Source: the human T2T-CHM13v2.0 reference genome, Homo sapiens. Taken from it: a stretch of DNA of 64,000 bases. The number at the start of each line of letters is the position of its first letter. The first letter of the stretch is position 1. The position numbers and the translations under genes are program-made. Below are positions 45,601 through 60,100 of the stretch, piece after piece. The DNA is taken from the NCBI RefSeq assembly GCF_009914755.1, contig NC_060933.1; one strand, 5' to 3'. The notes beneath the pieces were generated by a model. The model ran no database searches and was not told the DNA's origin. It saw only the letters and a list, made by a program, of their open reading frames with translations.

Positions 45601-48600
45601 ACTCGGGTTGATTCCATTCCTTTCCATTCCATTCGATTTGAACCCATTCCATTCCATTCCATTCCATTCCATTCCATTCCACTCGGGTTGATTCCATTCC
45701 TTTCCATTCCATTCGGGTTGAAACCATTCCATTCCATTCCATTCCTTTCGATTCTATTCCATTTCACTCGGGTTGATCCCATTCCATTGCATTCCATTCC
45801 ATTCCATTGCATTCCATTCCGTTCCATTCCATTCCATTACATTCGTGTTGATTCTATTCAATTCCCTTACTCTCCATTACATTCCATTCCATTCGGGTTG
45901 TTTCCATTCCATTCCATTCCATTCCACTGCATTCCATTGCAATCGGGTTGATTCCATTCCATTCCATTGCATTCCATTCCATTCCATCAAATTCCGTATG
46001 ATTCCATTCCATTGCATTCCATTCCATTCCATTCCCCTGCACTCGGTTGGATTCCATTCTCTTCCATTCCATTCCATTCCATTCCATTCCATTCCATTCC
46101 ATTCCATTCTATTCGGGTTAATTTCATTCCATTCCATTCCATTCCCTTCCATTCCATTCCATTCCATTCCATTCCATTGAAATCGAGTTGATTCCATTCC
46201 ATTCCATTCCATTCCATTCTATTCGGGTTAATTCCATTCCATTCCATTCCATTCCCTTCCATTCAATTCCATTCCATTCCATTCCATTCCATTCCATTCC
46301 TTTCTATTAGGGTTAATTCCATTCCATTCCATTCCATTCCATTGCATTCCATTCCACTCCAATCCATGCCATTCCACTCGGGTTTATTCCATTCCTTTCC
46401 ATTCCATTCGGGTTGAATCCATTCCATTCCATTCCATTCCATTCCATTCCATTCCATTCCATTCCATTCCATGCCATTGCACTCGGGTTGATTCCATTCC
46501 TTTCCATTCCATTCGAATTGAACCCATTCCATTCCATTCCATTCCATTCCATTCCATTGCTCACGGGTTCATTCCATTCCATTCCATTCCATTCCATTTC
46601 GTTCCATTCCATTGTACTCCGTAACATTCCATTCCATTCCATTCCCTTCCATGCCATTTCACTCAGGTTTATTCCATTCCTTTCCATTCCATTCGGGGTG
46701 AATCCATTCCATTCCATTCCATTCCATTCCATTCCATTCCATTCCATTGCACTCGGGTTGATTCCATTCCGTTCTATGCCATTCCATTTCATTCCATTCC
46801 ATTCCATTCCATTCCATTCCATTCCATTCCTTTCCTTTCAATTCCATTCCATTACATTCGGATTGATTCTTTTTAATTCCCTTACACTCCATTATATTCC
46901 ATTCCATTCGGATTGATTCTTTTTAATTCCCTTACACTCCATTATATTCCATTCCATTCGGATAATTTCCATTCCATTCCATTCCATTCCACTGCATTCT
47001 ATTGCACTCGGGTTGATTGATTCCATTCCATTGCATTCCATTCCATTCCATTCCATTCCATTCCATTCCATTCCATTCTATTCAGGTTAGTTCCATTCCA
47101 TTCCATTCCCTTCCATTCCATTCCATTCCATTCCATCCCATTGCAATCGAGGTGACTCCATTGCATTCCATTCCATTCCATTCCATTGCATTCCTTTCCA
47201 TTCCATTCCCCTGCACTCAGATTGATTCCATTCCATTCCTTTCCATTCCATTCCGTTCCATTCCTTTCCATTCCATTCTATTTGCGTTAATTCCGTTCCA
47301 TTCCATTCCATTACATTCCTTTGCAATCGAGTTGATTCCATTCCATTCCGTTCCATTCCATTCCATTCCATTCCATTCCATGCCATTCCACTCGTGTTGA
47401 TTCCATTCCTTTCCATTCCATTCGAGTTGAATCCATTCCATTCCATTCCATTCCATTCCATTCGATTCCATTCCATTGCTCACGTGTTCATTCCATTCCA
47501 TTCCATTCCATTCCATTCCATTCCATTCCATTCCATTTCGTTCCATTCCATTCTCTTCCGTAGTATTCCAATCAATTCCATTCTACTCCATTCCATGCCA
47601 TTCCACTCGGGTTTATTCCATTCCTTTCCATTCCATTCGGGTTGAATCCATTCCATTCCATTCCATTCCATTCCATTACATTACATTGCACTCGCGTTGA
47701 TTAAATTCCATTCCATTCCATTCCATTTCATTCCATTCCATTCCATTCCATTTCATTCCATTCCATTCAATTCCATTCCATTCCATTTCATTCCATTCCA
47801 TTCCATTCCATTCCATTTCATTCCCTTCCATGCCTTTCCACTCCGGTTGATTCCATTCCTTTCCATTCTATTCGAGTTGAACCCATTCCATTCCATTCCA
47901 TTCCATTCCATTCCATTCCATTCAATTTCGTTCCATTCCATTCTATTGCGTACCATTCCATTCCATTCCATTCCGTTCCTTTCCATTCCATTCCATTCCA
48001 TTCTGTTCAGGTTAATTCCATGCCATTCCATTCCATTCCATCCCATTGCAATCGAGTTGATTCCATTGCATTCCATTCCATTCCATTGCATTCCATTCCA
48101 TTCCATTGCATTCCATTCCATTCCATTCCATTACATTGCATTCCATTCCATTCCATTCCCCTGCACTCAGATTGATTCCATTCCATTCCATACCATTCCA
48201 TTCCGTTCCATTCCATTCCATTCCATTCCATTCTATTCGCGTTAATTCCATTCCATTCCAGTACATTACATTACATTGCAATCGAGATGATTCCATTCCA
48301 TTCCGTTCCATTCCGTTCCATTCCATTCCATTCCATTCCATTCCATTCCATTTCGTTCCATTCCATTCTATTCCGTACCATTCCATTCCATTCCATTTCA
48401 TTCCATTCCATTCCATGCCATTCCACTCGGGTTGATTCCATTGCTTTCCATTCCATTTGGGTTGAATCCAATCCATTCCATTCCATTCCATTCCATTCCA
48501 TTCCATTGCACTAGGTTTGATTCCATTCCACTGCATTCCATTCCATTCCATTCCATTCCATTCCATTCCATTCCATTCCATTGCAATCGGGTTGATTCCA

Positions 48601-48620
48601 TTCCATTCCATTCCATTCCA
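38535..48620 (-). repeat. ~5.0 kb near-identical tandem duplication (~38535-43545 / ~43546-48620)
   Basis: Identical ORF translations at offsets 5012, 5013 and 5068 (39996/45009, 40305/45318, 42629/47697). Confidence 0.93.
46861..46960 (-). repeat. Perfect 50-bp tandem duplication private to copy 2 of the 5-kb repeat
   Basis: gattgattctttttaattcccttacactccattatattccattccattcg occurs twice here; the homologous site at ~41843 has a single copy. Confidence 0.92.
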
Positions 48621-50249
48621 TTCCATTCCATTCCATTCGGTATGATTCCATTCCATTGCATTCCATTCCATTCCATTCCCCTGCACTCGGGTGGATTCCA
48701 TTGTATGCCATTCCATTCCATTTCATTCCATTCCATTCCATTCCATTGAAATCGATTTGATTCCATTCCATTCCATTTCATTCCATTCCATTCCATTCCA
48801 TTCTATTCGGGTTAATTCCATTCCATTCCATTCCATTCCCTTCCATTCCATTCCATTCCATTCCATTCCATTCTATTAGGGTTAATTCCATTCCATTCCA
48901 TTCCATTCCATTCCATTCTATTCCATTGCAATCGAGTTGATTCCATTCCATTCCATTCCATTCCATTCCATTCAATTCCGGATGATTCCATTCCATTGCC
49001 TTCCATTCCATTCCATTCCTCTGCACTCGGGTTGATTCCATTCCATTCCATTCCATTCCATTCCATGCCATTCCACTCGGGTTGATTCCATTCCTTTCCA
49101 TTCCATTCGAGTTGAATCCATTCCATTCCATTCCATTCCATTCGATTCCATTCCATTGCTCACGGGTTCATTCCATTCCATTCCATTCCATTCCATTCCA
49201 TTCCATTCAATTCCATTACATTGCACTCGGGTTGATTCCATTCCATTCCATTCAATTTCATTCCATTCCCTTCCATTCCATTTCACTCCATTCCATTCCA
49301 TTCCATTCCGTTCCATTCCATTCCATTCCATTCGGATTAATTGTACTCAATTCCCTTACACTTCATTACATTCTATTCCATTCGGATTGTTTCCATTCCA
49401 TTACATTCCATTCCACTCCATTCCATTGCACTCAGGTTGATTCCATTCCATTCCATTCCATTCCATTCCATTTGGTTCCATTCCATTCTATTCCGTACCA
49501 TTCCATTCCATTCCATTCCACTCCATTCCATGCCATTCCACTAGGGTTGATTCCATTCCTTTCCATTCCATTCGGGTTGAATCCATTCCATTGCATTGCA
49601 TTCCATTCCGTATGATTCCATTCCATTGCATTCCATTCCATTCCATTCCCCTGCACTCGGGTGGATTCCATTCTATTCCATTCCATTCCATTCCATTCCA
49701 TTCCATTCCATTCCATTCCATTCCATTCCATTCTATTCGGGTTAATTCCATTCCATTCCATTCCATTCCCTTTCATTCCGTTCCATTCCTTTCCATTCCA
49801 TTCCATTGAAATCGAGTTGATTCCATTCCATTCCATTAAATTCCATTCCATTCCATTCCATTCTATTCGGGTTAATTCCATTCCATTCCATTCCATTCCC
49901 TTCCATTCCATTCGATTCCATTCCATTCCATTCCATTCCATTCCATTTCATTCCATTCCATTCCACTCCATTCCATTTCATTCCGTTCCATGCCATTCCA
50001 CTCGGGTTGATTCCATTCCTTTCCATTCTATTCGAGTTGAACCCATTCCATTCCATTCCAGTCCATTCCATTCCCTTCCATGCCATTTCACTCGGGTTTA
50101 TTCCATTCCTTTCCATTCCATTCGGGTTGAATCCATTCCATTCCATTCCATTCCATTCCATTCCATTCCATTGCACTCGGGTTGATTCCATTCCATTCCA
50201 TGCCATTCCATTTCATTCCATTCCATTCCATTCCAATCCATTCCATTCC

Positions 50250-51230
50250 ATTCCATTCCGTTCCATTCCATTCCATTACATTCGGATTGATTCTTTTTAA
50301 TTCCCTTACACTCCATTTCATTCCATTCCATTCGGGTACTTTCCATTCCATTCCTTTCCTTTCCACTGCATTCTATTGCACTCGGGTTGATTGATTCCTT
50401 TCCATTGCATTCCATTCCATTTCATTCCATTCCGGATGACTCCATTCCATTGCATTCCATTCCATTCCATTCCCCTGCACTCGGGTTGATCCCATTCCAT
50501 TGTATTGCATTCCATTCCATTCCATTCCATTCCATTCCATTCCATTCCATTCCATTCCATTCCGTTCGTTCCGTTCCGTTCCATTCCATTCCATTCCATT
50601 CTGTTCAGGTTAATTCCATTCCATTCCATTCCATTCCATCCCGTTGCAATCGAGTTGACTCCATTGCATTCCATTCCATTCCAATCCATTGCATTCCATT
50701 CCATTCCATTCCCCTGCACTCAGATTGATTCCATTCCATTCCATTCCATTCCATTCCATTCCATTCCGTTCCATTCCATTCCATTACATTCGGATTGATT
50801 CTTTTTAATTCCCTTACACTCCATTTCATTCCATTCTATTCGGGTACATTCCATTCCATTCCATTCCTTTCCACTGCATTCTATTGCACTCGGGTTGATT
50901 GATTCCATTCCATTGCATTCCATTCCATTCCATTCCATTCCGGATGACTCCATTCCATTGCATTCCATTCCATTCCATTCCCCTGCACTGGGGTTGATCC
51001 CATTCCATTGCATTGCATTCCATTCCATTGCATTCCATTCCATTCCAATCCATTCCTTTCCATTACGTTCCGTTACATTCCATTCCATTCCATTCTGTTC
51101 AGGTTAAATCCATTCCATTCCATTCCATTCCATCCCATTGCAATCGAGTTGATTCCATTGCATTCCATTCCATTCCGTTCCATTGCATTCCATTCCATTC
51201 CATTCCCCTGCACTCAGATTGATTCCATTC
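50250..51230 (-). repeat. ~508-bp tandem duplication, with related copies at ~51715-52050 and ~53930-54140
   Basis: ORFs 50387/50895 are offset by 508; diagnostic ccggatgactcc at ~50432, 50940, 51869 and 54078. Confidence 0.8.
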
Positions 51231-54199
51231 CATTCCATTCCATTCCATTCCATTTCAATCGAGTTGATTCCATTCCATTCCATTCCATTCCATTCCATTG
51301 CATTCCATTCCATTCCATTGCCCTGCACTCAGATTGATTCCATTCCATTCCATTCCATTCCATTCTGTTCCATTCTATTCGCGTTAATTCCATTCCATTC
51401 CATTCCATTCCATTACATTACATTGCAATCGAGTTGATTCCATTCCATTCCGTTCCATTCCATTCCATTCCATTCCATTTCGTTCCATTCCATTCTATTC
51501 CGTACCATTCCATTCCATTCCATTTCATTCCATTCCATTCCATGCCATTCCACTCGGGTTGATTCCATTGCTTTCCATTCCATTTGGGTTGAATCCAATC
51601 CATTTCATTCCATTCCATTCCATTCCATTCCATTCCATTGCACTAGTTATGATTCCATTCCACTGCATTCCATTCCATTCCATTCCATTTCATTCCGTTC
51701 CATTCCATTCCATTACATTCGGATTCATTCTTTTTAATTCCCTTACACTCCATTACATTCCATTCCATTCGGGTACTTTCCATTCCATTCCATTCCTTTC
51801 CACTGCATTCTATTGCACTCGGGTTGATTGATTCCATTCCATTGCATTCCATTCCATTCCATTCCATTCCGGATGACTCCATTCCATTGCATTCCATTCC
51901 ATTCCATTCCCCTGCACTCGGGTTGATCCCATTCCATTCCATTCCATTCCATTCCATCCCATTGAAATCGAGTTGATTCCATTGCATTCCATTCCATTCC
52001 ATTCCATTCCATTCCATTCCATTCCATTCCATTCCATTCCCCTGCACTCACATTGATTCCATTCCATTCCATTCGATTCCGTTCCATTCTATTCGCGTTA
52101 ATTCCATTCCATTCCATTCCATTACATTACATTGCAATCGAGTTGATTCCATTCCTTTCCGTTCCATTCCGTTCCATTCCATTCCATTTCGTTCCATTCC
52201 ATTCTATTCCGTACCATTCCATTCCATTCAATTTCAGTCCATTCCATTCCATGCCATTCCACTCGGGTTGATTCCATTGCTTTCCGTTTCATTTGGGTTG
52301 AATCCAATCCATTCCATTCCATTCCATTCCATTCCATTCCATTCCATTGCACTAGGTATGATTCCATTCCACTGCATTCCATTCCATTCCATTCCATTCC
52401 ATTCCGTTCCATTCCATTCCATTACATTCGGATTGATTGTACTCAATTCCCTTACACTCCATTACATTCTATTCAATTCGGGTTGTTTCCATTCCATTAT
52501 ATTCCATTCCACTCCATTCCATTGCACTCAGGTTGATTCCATTCCATTCCATTCCATTCCATTCCATTTCGTTCCATTCCATTCTATTCCGTACCATTCC
52601 ATTCCATTCCATTCCTCTCCATTCCATTCCATTCCATTCCATTCCATTCCATTCCATTCTATTCGGGTTAATTTCATTCAGTTCCATTCCATTCCCTTTC
52701 ATTCCATTCCATTCCTTTCCATTCCATTCCATTGAAATCGAGTTGATTCCATTCCTTCCCATTCCATTCCATTCCATTCCATTCCATTCCATTCCATTCT
52801 ATTCGGGTTAATTCCATTCCATTCCATTCCCTTCCATTCCATTGCATTCCATTCCATTCTATTAGGGTTAATTCCATTCCATTCCATTCCATTCCATTCC
52901 ATTCCATTCCATTCCATTCCATTTCAATCGAGTTGATTCCATTCCATTCCATTCCATTCCATTCCATTCAATTCCGGATGATTCCATTCCATTGCCTTCC
53001 ATTCCATTCCATTCCCCTGCACTCGGGTTGATTCCATTCTATTCCATTCCATTCCATTCCATTCCATTCCATTCCATTCCTTTTCGTTCCATTCCGTTCT
53101 ATTCCATACCATTCCATTCCATTCCATTCCATTCCATTCCATGCCATTCCACTCGGGTTGATTCCATTCCTTTCCATTCCATTCGAGTTGAATCCATTCC
53201 ATTCCATTCCATTCTATTGCACACGGGTTCATTCCATTCCATTCCATTCCATTCCATTCAATTCCATTCCATTCCATTTCGTTCCATTCCATTCTCTTCC
53301 GCACCATTCCGTTCCATTCCATTCCATTCCACTCCATTCCATGCTATTCCACTCGGGTTTATTCCATTCCTTTCCATTCCATTCGGGTTGAATCCATTCC
53401 ACTCCATTCCATTCCATTCCATTCTATTCCATTACATTGCACTCGGGTTGATTCCATTCCATTCCATTCCTTTCCATTTCATTCCATTCCATTCCATTCC
53501 ATTCCATTCCATTTCATTCCGTTCCATGCCATTCCACTTGGGTTGATTCCATTGCTTTCCATTCTATTCGAGTTGACACCATTTCATTCCATTCCATTCC
53601 ATTCCATTCCATTCCATTCCATTGCACACGGGTTCATTCCATTCCATTCCATTCCATTCCATTCCATTCCATTTCGTTCCATTCCATTCTATTCTGTATC
53701 ATTCCTTTCCATTCCATTCCCTTCTATGCCATTTCACTCAGGTTTATTCCATTCCTTTCTATTCCATTCGGGTTGAATCCATTCCATTCCATTCCATTCC
53801 ATTCGATTCCATTCTATTGCACTCGGGTTGATTCCATTCCATTCCATGCCATTCCATTTCATTCCATTCCATTCCATTCCAATCCATTCCATTCCATTCC
53901 ATTCCGTTCCATTCCATTCCATTACATTGGGATTGATTCTTTTTAATTCCCTTACACTCCATTACATTCCATTCCATTCGGGTACTTTCCATTCCATTCC
54001 ATTCCTTTCCACTGCATTCTATTGAACTCGGGTTGATTGATTCCATTCCATTGCATTCCATTCCATTATATTCCATTCCGGATGACTCCATTCCATTGCA
54101 TTCCATTCCATTCCATTCCCCTGCACTCGGGTTGATCCCATTCCTTTGCATTGCATTCCATTCCATTCCATTCCATTCCAGTCCTATCCATTCCATTCC

Positions 54200-57100
54200 A
54201 CTCGGGTTGATTCCATTCTATTAGTTTCCATTCCATTCCATTCCCTTCCATTCCACTCTGTTTGATTCCATTCCTTTCCATTCCACTCGAATACATTCCT
54301 TCCTGTTCCACTCGGAACGATTCCATTCCATTCCATTCCATTCCATTCCATTCCATTTCGTTCCATTCCATTCTATTCCGTATCATTCCATTCCATTCCA
54401 TTCCATTCCATTCCATTCCATTCCATTCCATTCCATTCCATTCCACTCGTGTTGATTCCATTCCTTTCCATTCCATTCGGTTTGAAGGCATTCCATTCCA
54501 TTCCATTCCATTCCATTCCTTTCCATTCCATTCCATTGTACTCGGGTTGATTGCATTCCATTGCATTCCATTCCATTCCATTCCGTTGCATTCCATTCCA
54601 TTACATTCGGATTGATTCTTTTCAACTCCCTTACTCTCCATTCCATTCCATTCCTTTCGTGGTGTTCCATTCCATTCCATTCCATTCCACTCCATTCCAT
54701 TGCACTCGGGTTGATTCCATTCCATTCCATTCCATTCCATTCCATTCCATTCGGGATGATTCCATTCCATTGCATTCCGTTCCATTACATTCCCCTGCAC
54801 ACGCATTGATTCCATTCCATTCCTTTCAATTCCATTCCATTACAATTCGTTACATTCCATTCTATTCCGTACCATTCCATTCCATTCCATACCATTCCAT
54901 TCCATTCCATTCCATTCCATTCCATTCCATTCCATTCCGTTCCATTGCATTCCATTCCATTCTATTCGGGTTAATTCCATTCCATTCCATTCCATTCCAT
55001 TCTATTGCATTCCATTGCAATCGAGTTGAATCCATTGCATTTCATTCCATTCCATTCCATTCCATTCCATTCCCCTGCACTCGCGTTGATTCCATTCCAT
55101 TCCATTCCATTCCATTCCATTCCGTTCCGTTCCATTCCATTCCATTCCATTCCATTCCATTCCGTTGCTTTCCATTCCATTCCATTCCATTCTATTCGAG
55201 TTAATTCCATTCCATTCCATTCGATTGCAATAGAGTTGATTCCATTACATTTCATTCCATTCCATTCGATTCCATTCGATTGCACTCGGGTTTATTCCAT
55301 TCCATTCCATTCCATTCCATTCCGGAAGATTTCATTCCATTGCATTCCATTACATTCCATTCCCCTGCACTCGCGTTGATTCCATTCCATTCCATTCCAT
55401 TCCATTCCATTCCATTCCATTCCGTTCCGTTCCATTCCATTCCATTCCATTCCATTCCATTCCATTCCGTTCCTTTCCATTCCATTCCATTCCATTCTAT
55501 TCGGGTTAATTCCATTCCATTCCATTCTATTGTAATCGTGTTGATTCCATTCCATTCCATTCCATTCCATTCCATTCCATTCCATTCCATTCCATTCCAT
55601 TCCTTTCCATTCCATTACGGGTGATTCCATTCCATTGCATTCCATTCCATTCCATTCCCCTGTACTCGGGTTGATTCCATTCCATTGCATTCCAATCCAT
55701 GCCCTTCCACTCGTGTTGATTACATTCTTTCCATTCCATTCAAGTTGAATCCATTCCATTGCATTCCATTCCATTCGATTCCATTCGATTGCACTCGGGT
55801 TGATTCCATTCCATTGCATTCCATTCCATTCAATTCCATTCTATTCCATTCCATTCCGTTCCATTCTATTCCATTACATTCGGATTGATTCTATTCAATT
55901 CCCTTACACTCCATTACATTCCATTCCATTCGGGTAGTTTCCATTCCATTCCATTCCATTCCTCTCCATTCCATTGCACTCGGGTTGATTCCATTCCATT
56001 GCATTCCAATCCATTCCATTCAATTCCATTCCGTTCCATTCCATTCCATTACATTCGGATTGATTCTATTCAACTCCCTTACACTCCATTCCATTCCATT
56101 CCATTCGGGTTGTTCCATTCCATTCCATTCCATTCCACTCCATTCCATTGCACTCGGGTTTATTCCATTCCATTCCATTCCATTCCATTCCATTCCATTC
56201 CACTCCATTCCGGAAGATTCCATTCCATTGCATTCCATTCCATTCCATTCCCCTGCACTCGCGTTGATTCCATTCCATTCCATTCCATTCCATTCCATTC
56301 CATTCCATTCCTTTCCGTTCCATTCCATTCCATTCCATTGCATTCCAATCCATTCCATTCTGTTCCGTTCCATTCCATTCCATTCCATTCCATTCTATTC
56401 GGGTTAATTCCATTCCATTCCATTCGATTGCAATGGAGTTGATTCCATTCCATTCCATTCCATTCGATTCCATTCCATTCCATTCCTTTCCATTCCATTA
56501 CGGATGATTCCATTCCATTGCATTCCATTCCATTCCATTCCCCTGTACTCGGGTTGATTCCATTCCATTCCATTCCAATTCCTGCCATTCCACTCGTGTT
56601 GATTCCATTCCTTCCATTCCATTCAAGTTGAATCCATTCCATTGCATTCCATTCCATTCCATTCCCCTGCAGTCGGGTTGTTTCCGTTCCATTCCATTCC
56701 ATTCCATTCCATTCCATTCCATTCCATTCCACTCCATTCCAGTCCTTCCCAATCCATTCCACTCGGGTTGATCCCAATGTATTCCTTTCCATTCCATTCC
56801 ATTCTATTGCAATCGAGTTGATTCCATTGCTTTGCATTCCATTCCATTCCATTCCATTCCGGATGATTCCATTCCATTGCATTCCATTCCATTCCATTCC
56901 CCTGCACTCGGGTTGATTCCATTCCATTCCACTCCATTCCACTCCATTCCATTGCACTCGGGTTGATTCCATTCTATTCTATTACATTCCATTCCGGATG
57001 ATTCCATTCCATTACATTCCGTTCCATTACATTCCCCTGCACTGGCGTTGATTCCATTCCATTCCATTCAATTCCATTCCATTACAATTCGTTACATTCC

Positions 57101-60100
57101 ATTCTATTCCGTACCATTCAATTCCATTCCATACCATTCCATTCCATTCCATTCCATTCCATTCCGTTCCATTCCGTTCCATTGCATTCCATTCCATTCT
57201 ATTCGGGTTAATTCCATTCCATTCCATTCCATTAGATTCTATTCCATTCCATTGCAATCGAGTTGAATCCATTGCATTTCATTCCATTCCATTCCATTCC
57301 ATTCCATTCCGGAAGATTCCATTCCATTGCATTCCATTCCATTCCATTCCCCTGCACTCGCGTTGATTCCATTCCATTCCATTCCATTCCATTCCGTTCC
57401 GTTTCATTCCATTCCATTCCATTCCATTCCATTCCGTTCCTTTCCATTCCATTCCATTCCATTCTATTCGGGTTCATTCCATTCCATTCCATTCGATTGC
57501 AATCGAGTTGATTCCATTCCATTGCATTCCATTCCATTCGATTCCATTCGATTGCACTCGGGTTGATTCCATTCCATTGCATTCCATTCCATTCCTTTCC
57601 ATTCCATTCCATTCCATTCCATTCAGTTCCAATCCTTTCCATTACATTCGGATTGATTTTATTCAATTCCCTTACAGTCCATTACATTCCATTCCATTCG
57701 GGTAGTTTCCACTCCATTCCATTCCATTCCTCTCCATTCCATTGCACTCGGGTTGATTCCATTCCATTGCATTCCATTCCATTCCATTCAATTCCATTCC
57801 GTTCCATTCCATTCCGTTACATTCGGATTGATTCTATTCAACTCCCTTACTCTGCATTACATTCGATTCCATTCGGGTTGTTCCATTCCATTCCATTCCA
57901 TTCCACTCCATTCCATTGCACTTGGGTTGATTCCATTCCATTCCATTCCATTCCATTCCGGAAGATTCCATTCCATTGCATTCCATTACATTCCATTGCC
58001 CTGCACTCGGGTTGATTCTATTCCATTCCACTCCATTCCGTTCCATTCCATTCCATTCCATTGTATTCGGGTTAATTCTATTCCATTCCATTCCATTCCA
58101 TTCCATTCCATTCCATTACAATCGAGTTGATTCCATTCCATTCCATTCCATTCCATTCCATTCCATTCCATTCCATTCCTTTCCATTCCATTCCACTCGG
58201 GTTGATTCCATTCTATTAATTTCCATTCCATTCCATTCCCTTCCATTCCACTCTGGTTGATTCCATTCCTTTCCATTCCACTCGAATACATTCCCTCCTA
58301 TTCCACTCGGAACGATTCCATTCCATTCCATTCCATTCCATTCCATTCCATTCCATTCCAGTTCGTTCCATTCCATTGTATTCCGTACCATTCCATTCCA
58401 TTCCATTCCTTTCCATTCCATTCCTTTCCACTCGTGTTGATTCCATTCCTTTCCATTCCATTCGGTTTGACGGCATTCCCTTCCATTCCATTCCATTCCA
58501 TTACATTCCATTCCATTCCATTCTATTCCACTCCATTGCAATCGAGTTGAATCCATTGGCTTTCATTCCATTCCATTCCATTCCATTCCATTCCGGAATA
58601 TTCCATTCCATTGCATTCCATTCCATTCCATTCCCCTGCACTCGCGTTGATTCCATTCCATTCCATTCCATTCCATTCCATTCCATTCCTTTCCATTCCA
58701 TTACGGATGATTCCATTCCATTGCATTCCATTCCATTCCATTCCCCTGTACTCGGGTAGATTCCATTCCATTGCATTCCATTCCATTCCATTCCCCTGCA
58801 CTCGCGTTGATTCCATTCCATTCCATTCCATTCCATTCCATTCCATTCCATTCCATTCCATTCCATTCCTTTCCGTTCCATTGCATTCCATTCCATTCCA
58901 TTTCATTCCGTTCCGTTCCGTTCCGTTCCATTCCATTCCATTCCATTCTATTCGGGTTAATTCCATTACATTCCATTCGACTGCAATCGAGTTCATTTCA
59001 TTCCATTCCATTCCATTCCATTCCATTCCATTCCATTCCATTCCATTCCATTCCTTTCCATTCCATTCCATTCCATTCCATTCCGTTCCGTTCCGTTCCG
59101 TTCCGTTCCGTTCCATTCCATTCCATTCCATTCTATTCGGGTTAATTCCATTCCATTCCATTCCATTGCAATGGAGTTGATTCCATTCCATTCCATTCCA
59201 TTCCATTCCATTCCATTCCATTCCTTTCCTTTCCATTACGGATGATTCCATTGAATTGCATTCCATTCCATTCCATTCCCCTGTACTCGGGTTGATTCCA
59301 TTCCATTCCATTCCAATTCCTGCCATTCCACTCGTGTTGATTCCATTCTTTCCATTCCATTCAAGTTGAGTCCATTCCATTGCATTCCATTCCATTCCAT
59401 TCCCCCGCAGTCGGGTTGTTTCCATTCCATTCCATTCCATTCCATTCCATTCCGTTCCATTCCATTCCATTATATTCTATTCGGGTTAATTCCATTCCAT
59501 TCCATTCCATTCCATTCCATTCCGTTCCAATCGAGTTGATTCCATTCCATTCCATTCCATTCCATTCCCCTCCATTCCAGTCCTTCCCATTCCATTCCAC
59601 TCGGGTTAATCCCAATGTATTCCTTTCCATTCCATTCTATTCCATTGCAATCGAGCTGATTCCATTGCTTTGCATTCCATTCCATTCCATTCCATTCCGG
59701 ATGATTCCATTCCATTGCATTCCATTCCATTCCATTCCCCTGCACTCGGGTTGATTCCATTCCATTCCACTCCATTCCGTTCCATTCCATTCCATTGCAT
59801 TGTATTCAGGTTAATTCCATTCCATTCCATTCCATTCCATTCCATTCCATTCCATTCCATTCCATTACAATCGAGTTGATTCCATTCCATTCCATTCCAT
59901 TCCATTCCAGTCCTTTCCATTCCATTCCTCTCGGGTTGATTCCATTCTATTAGTTTCCATTCCATTCCATTCCCTTCCATTCCACTCTGGTTGATTCCAT
60001 TCCTTTCCATTCCACTCGAATACATTCCCTCCTATTCCACTCGGAAGGATTCCATTCCATTCCATTCCATTCCATTCCATTCCATTCCATTCCATTTCGT

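Larger units (their letters stand above)
25280..54130 (-). repeat. HSat3 sub-domain type B
   Basis: Diagnostic gggttgattgattcc (about 17 copies, ~25391 to ~54033), ctttttaattcccttacactcc, ctgttcaggttaa and cactcagattg; not seen outside this span. Confidence 0.75.
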
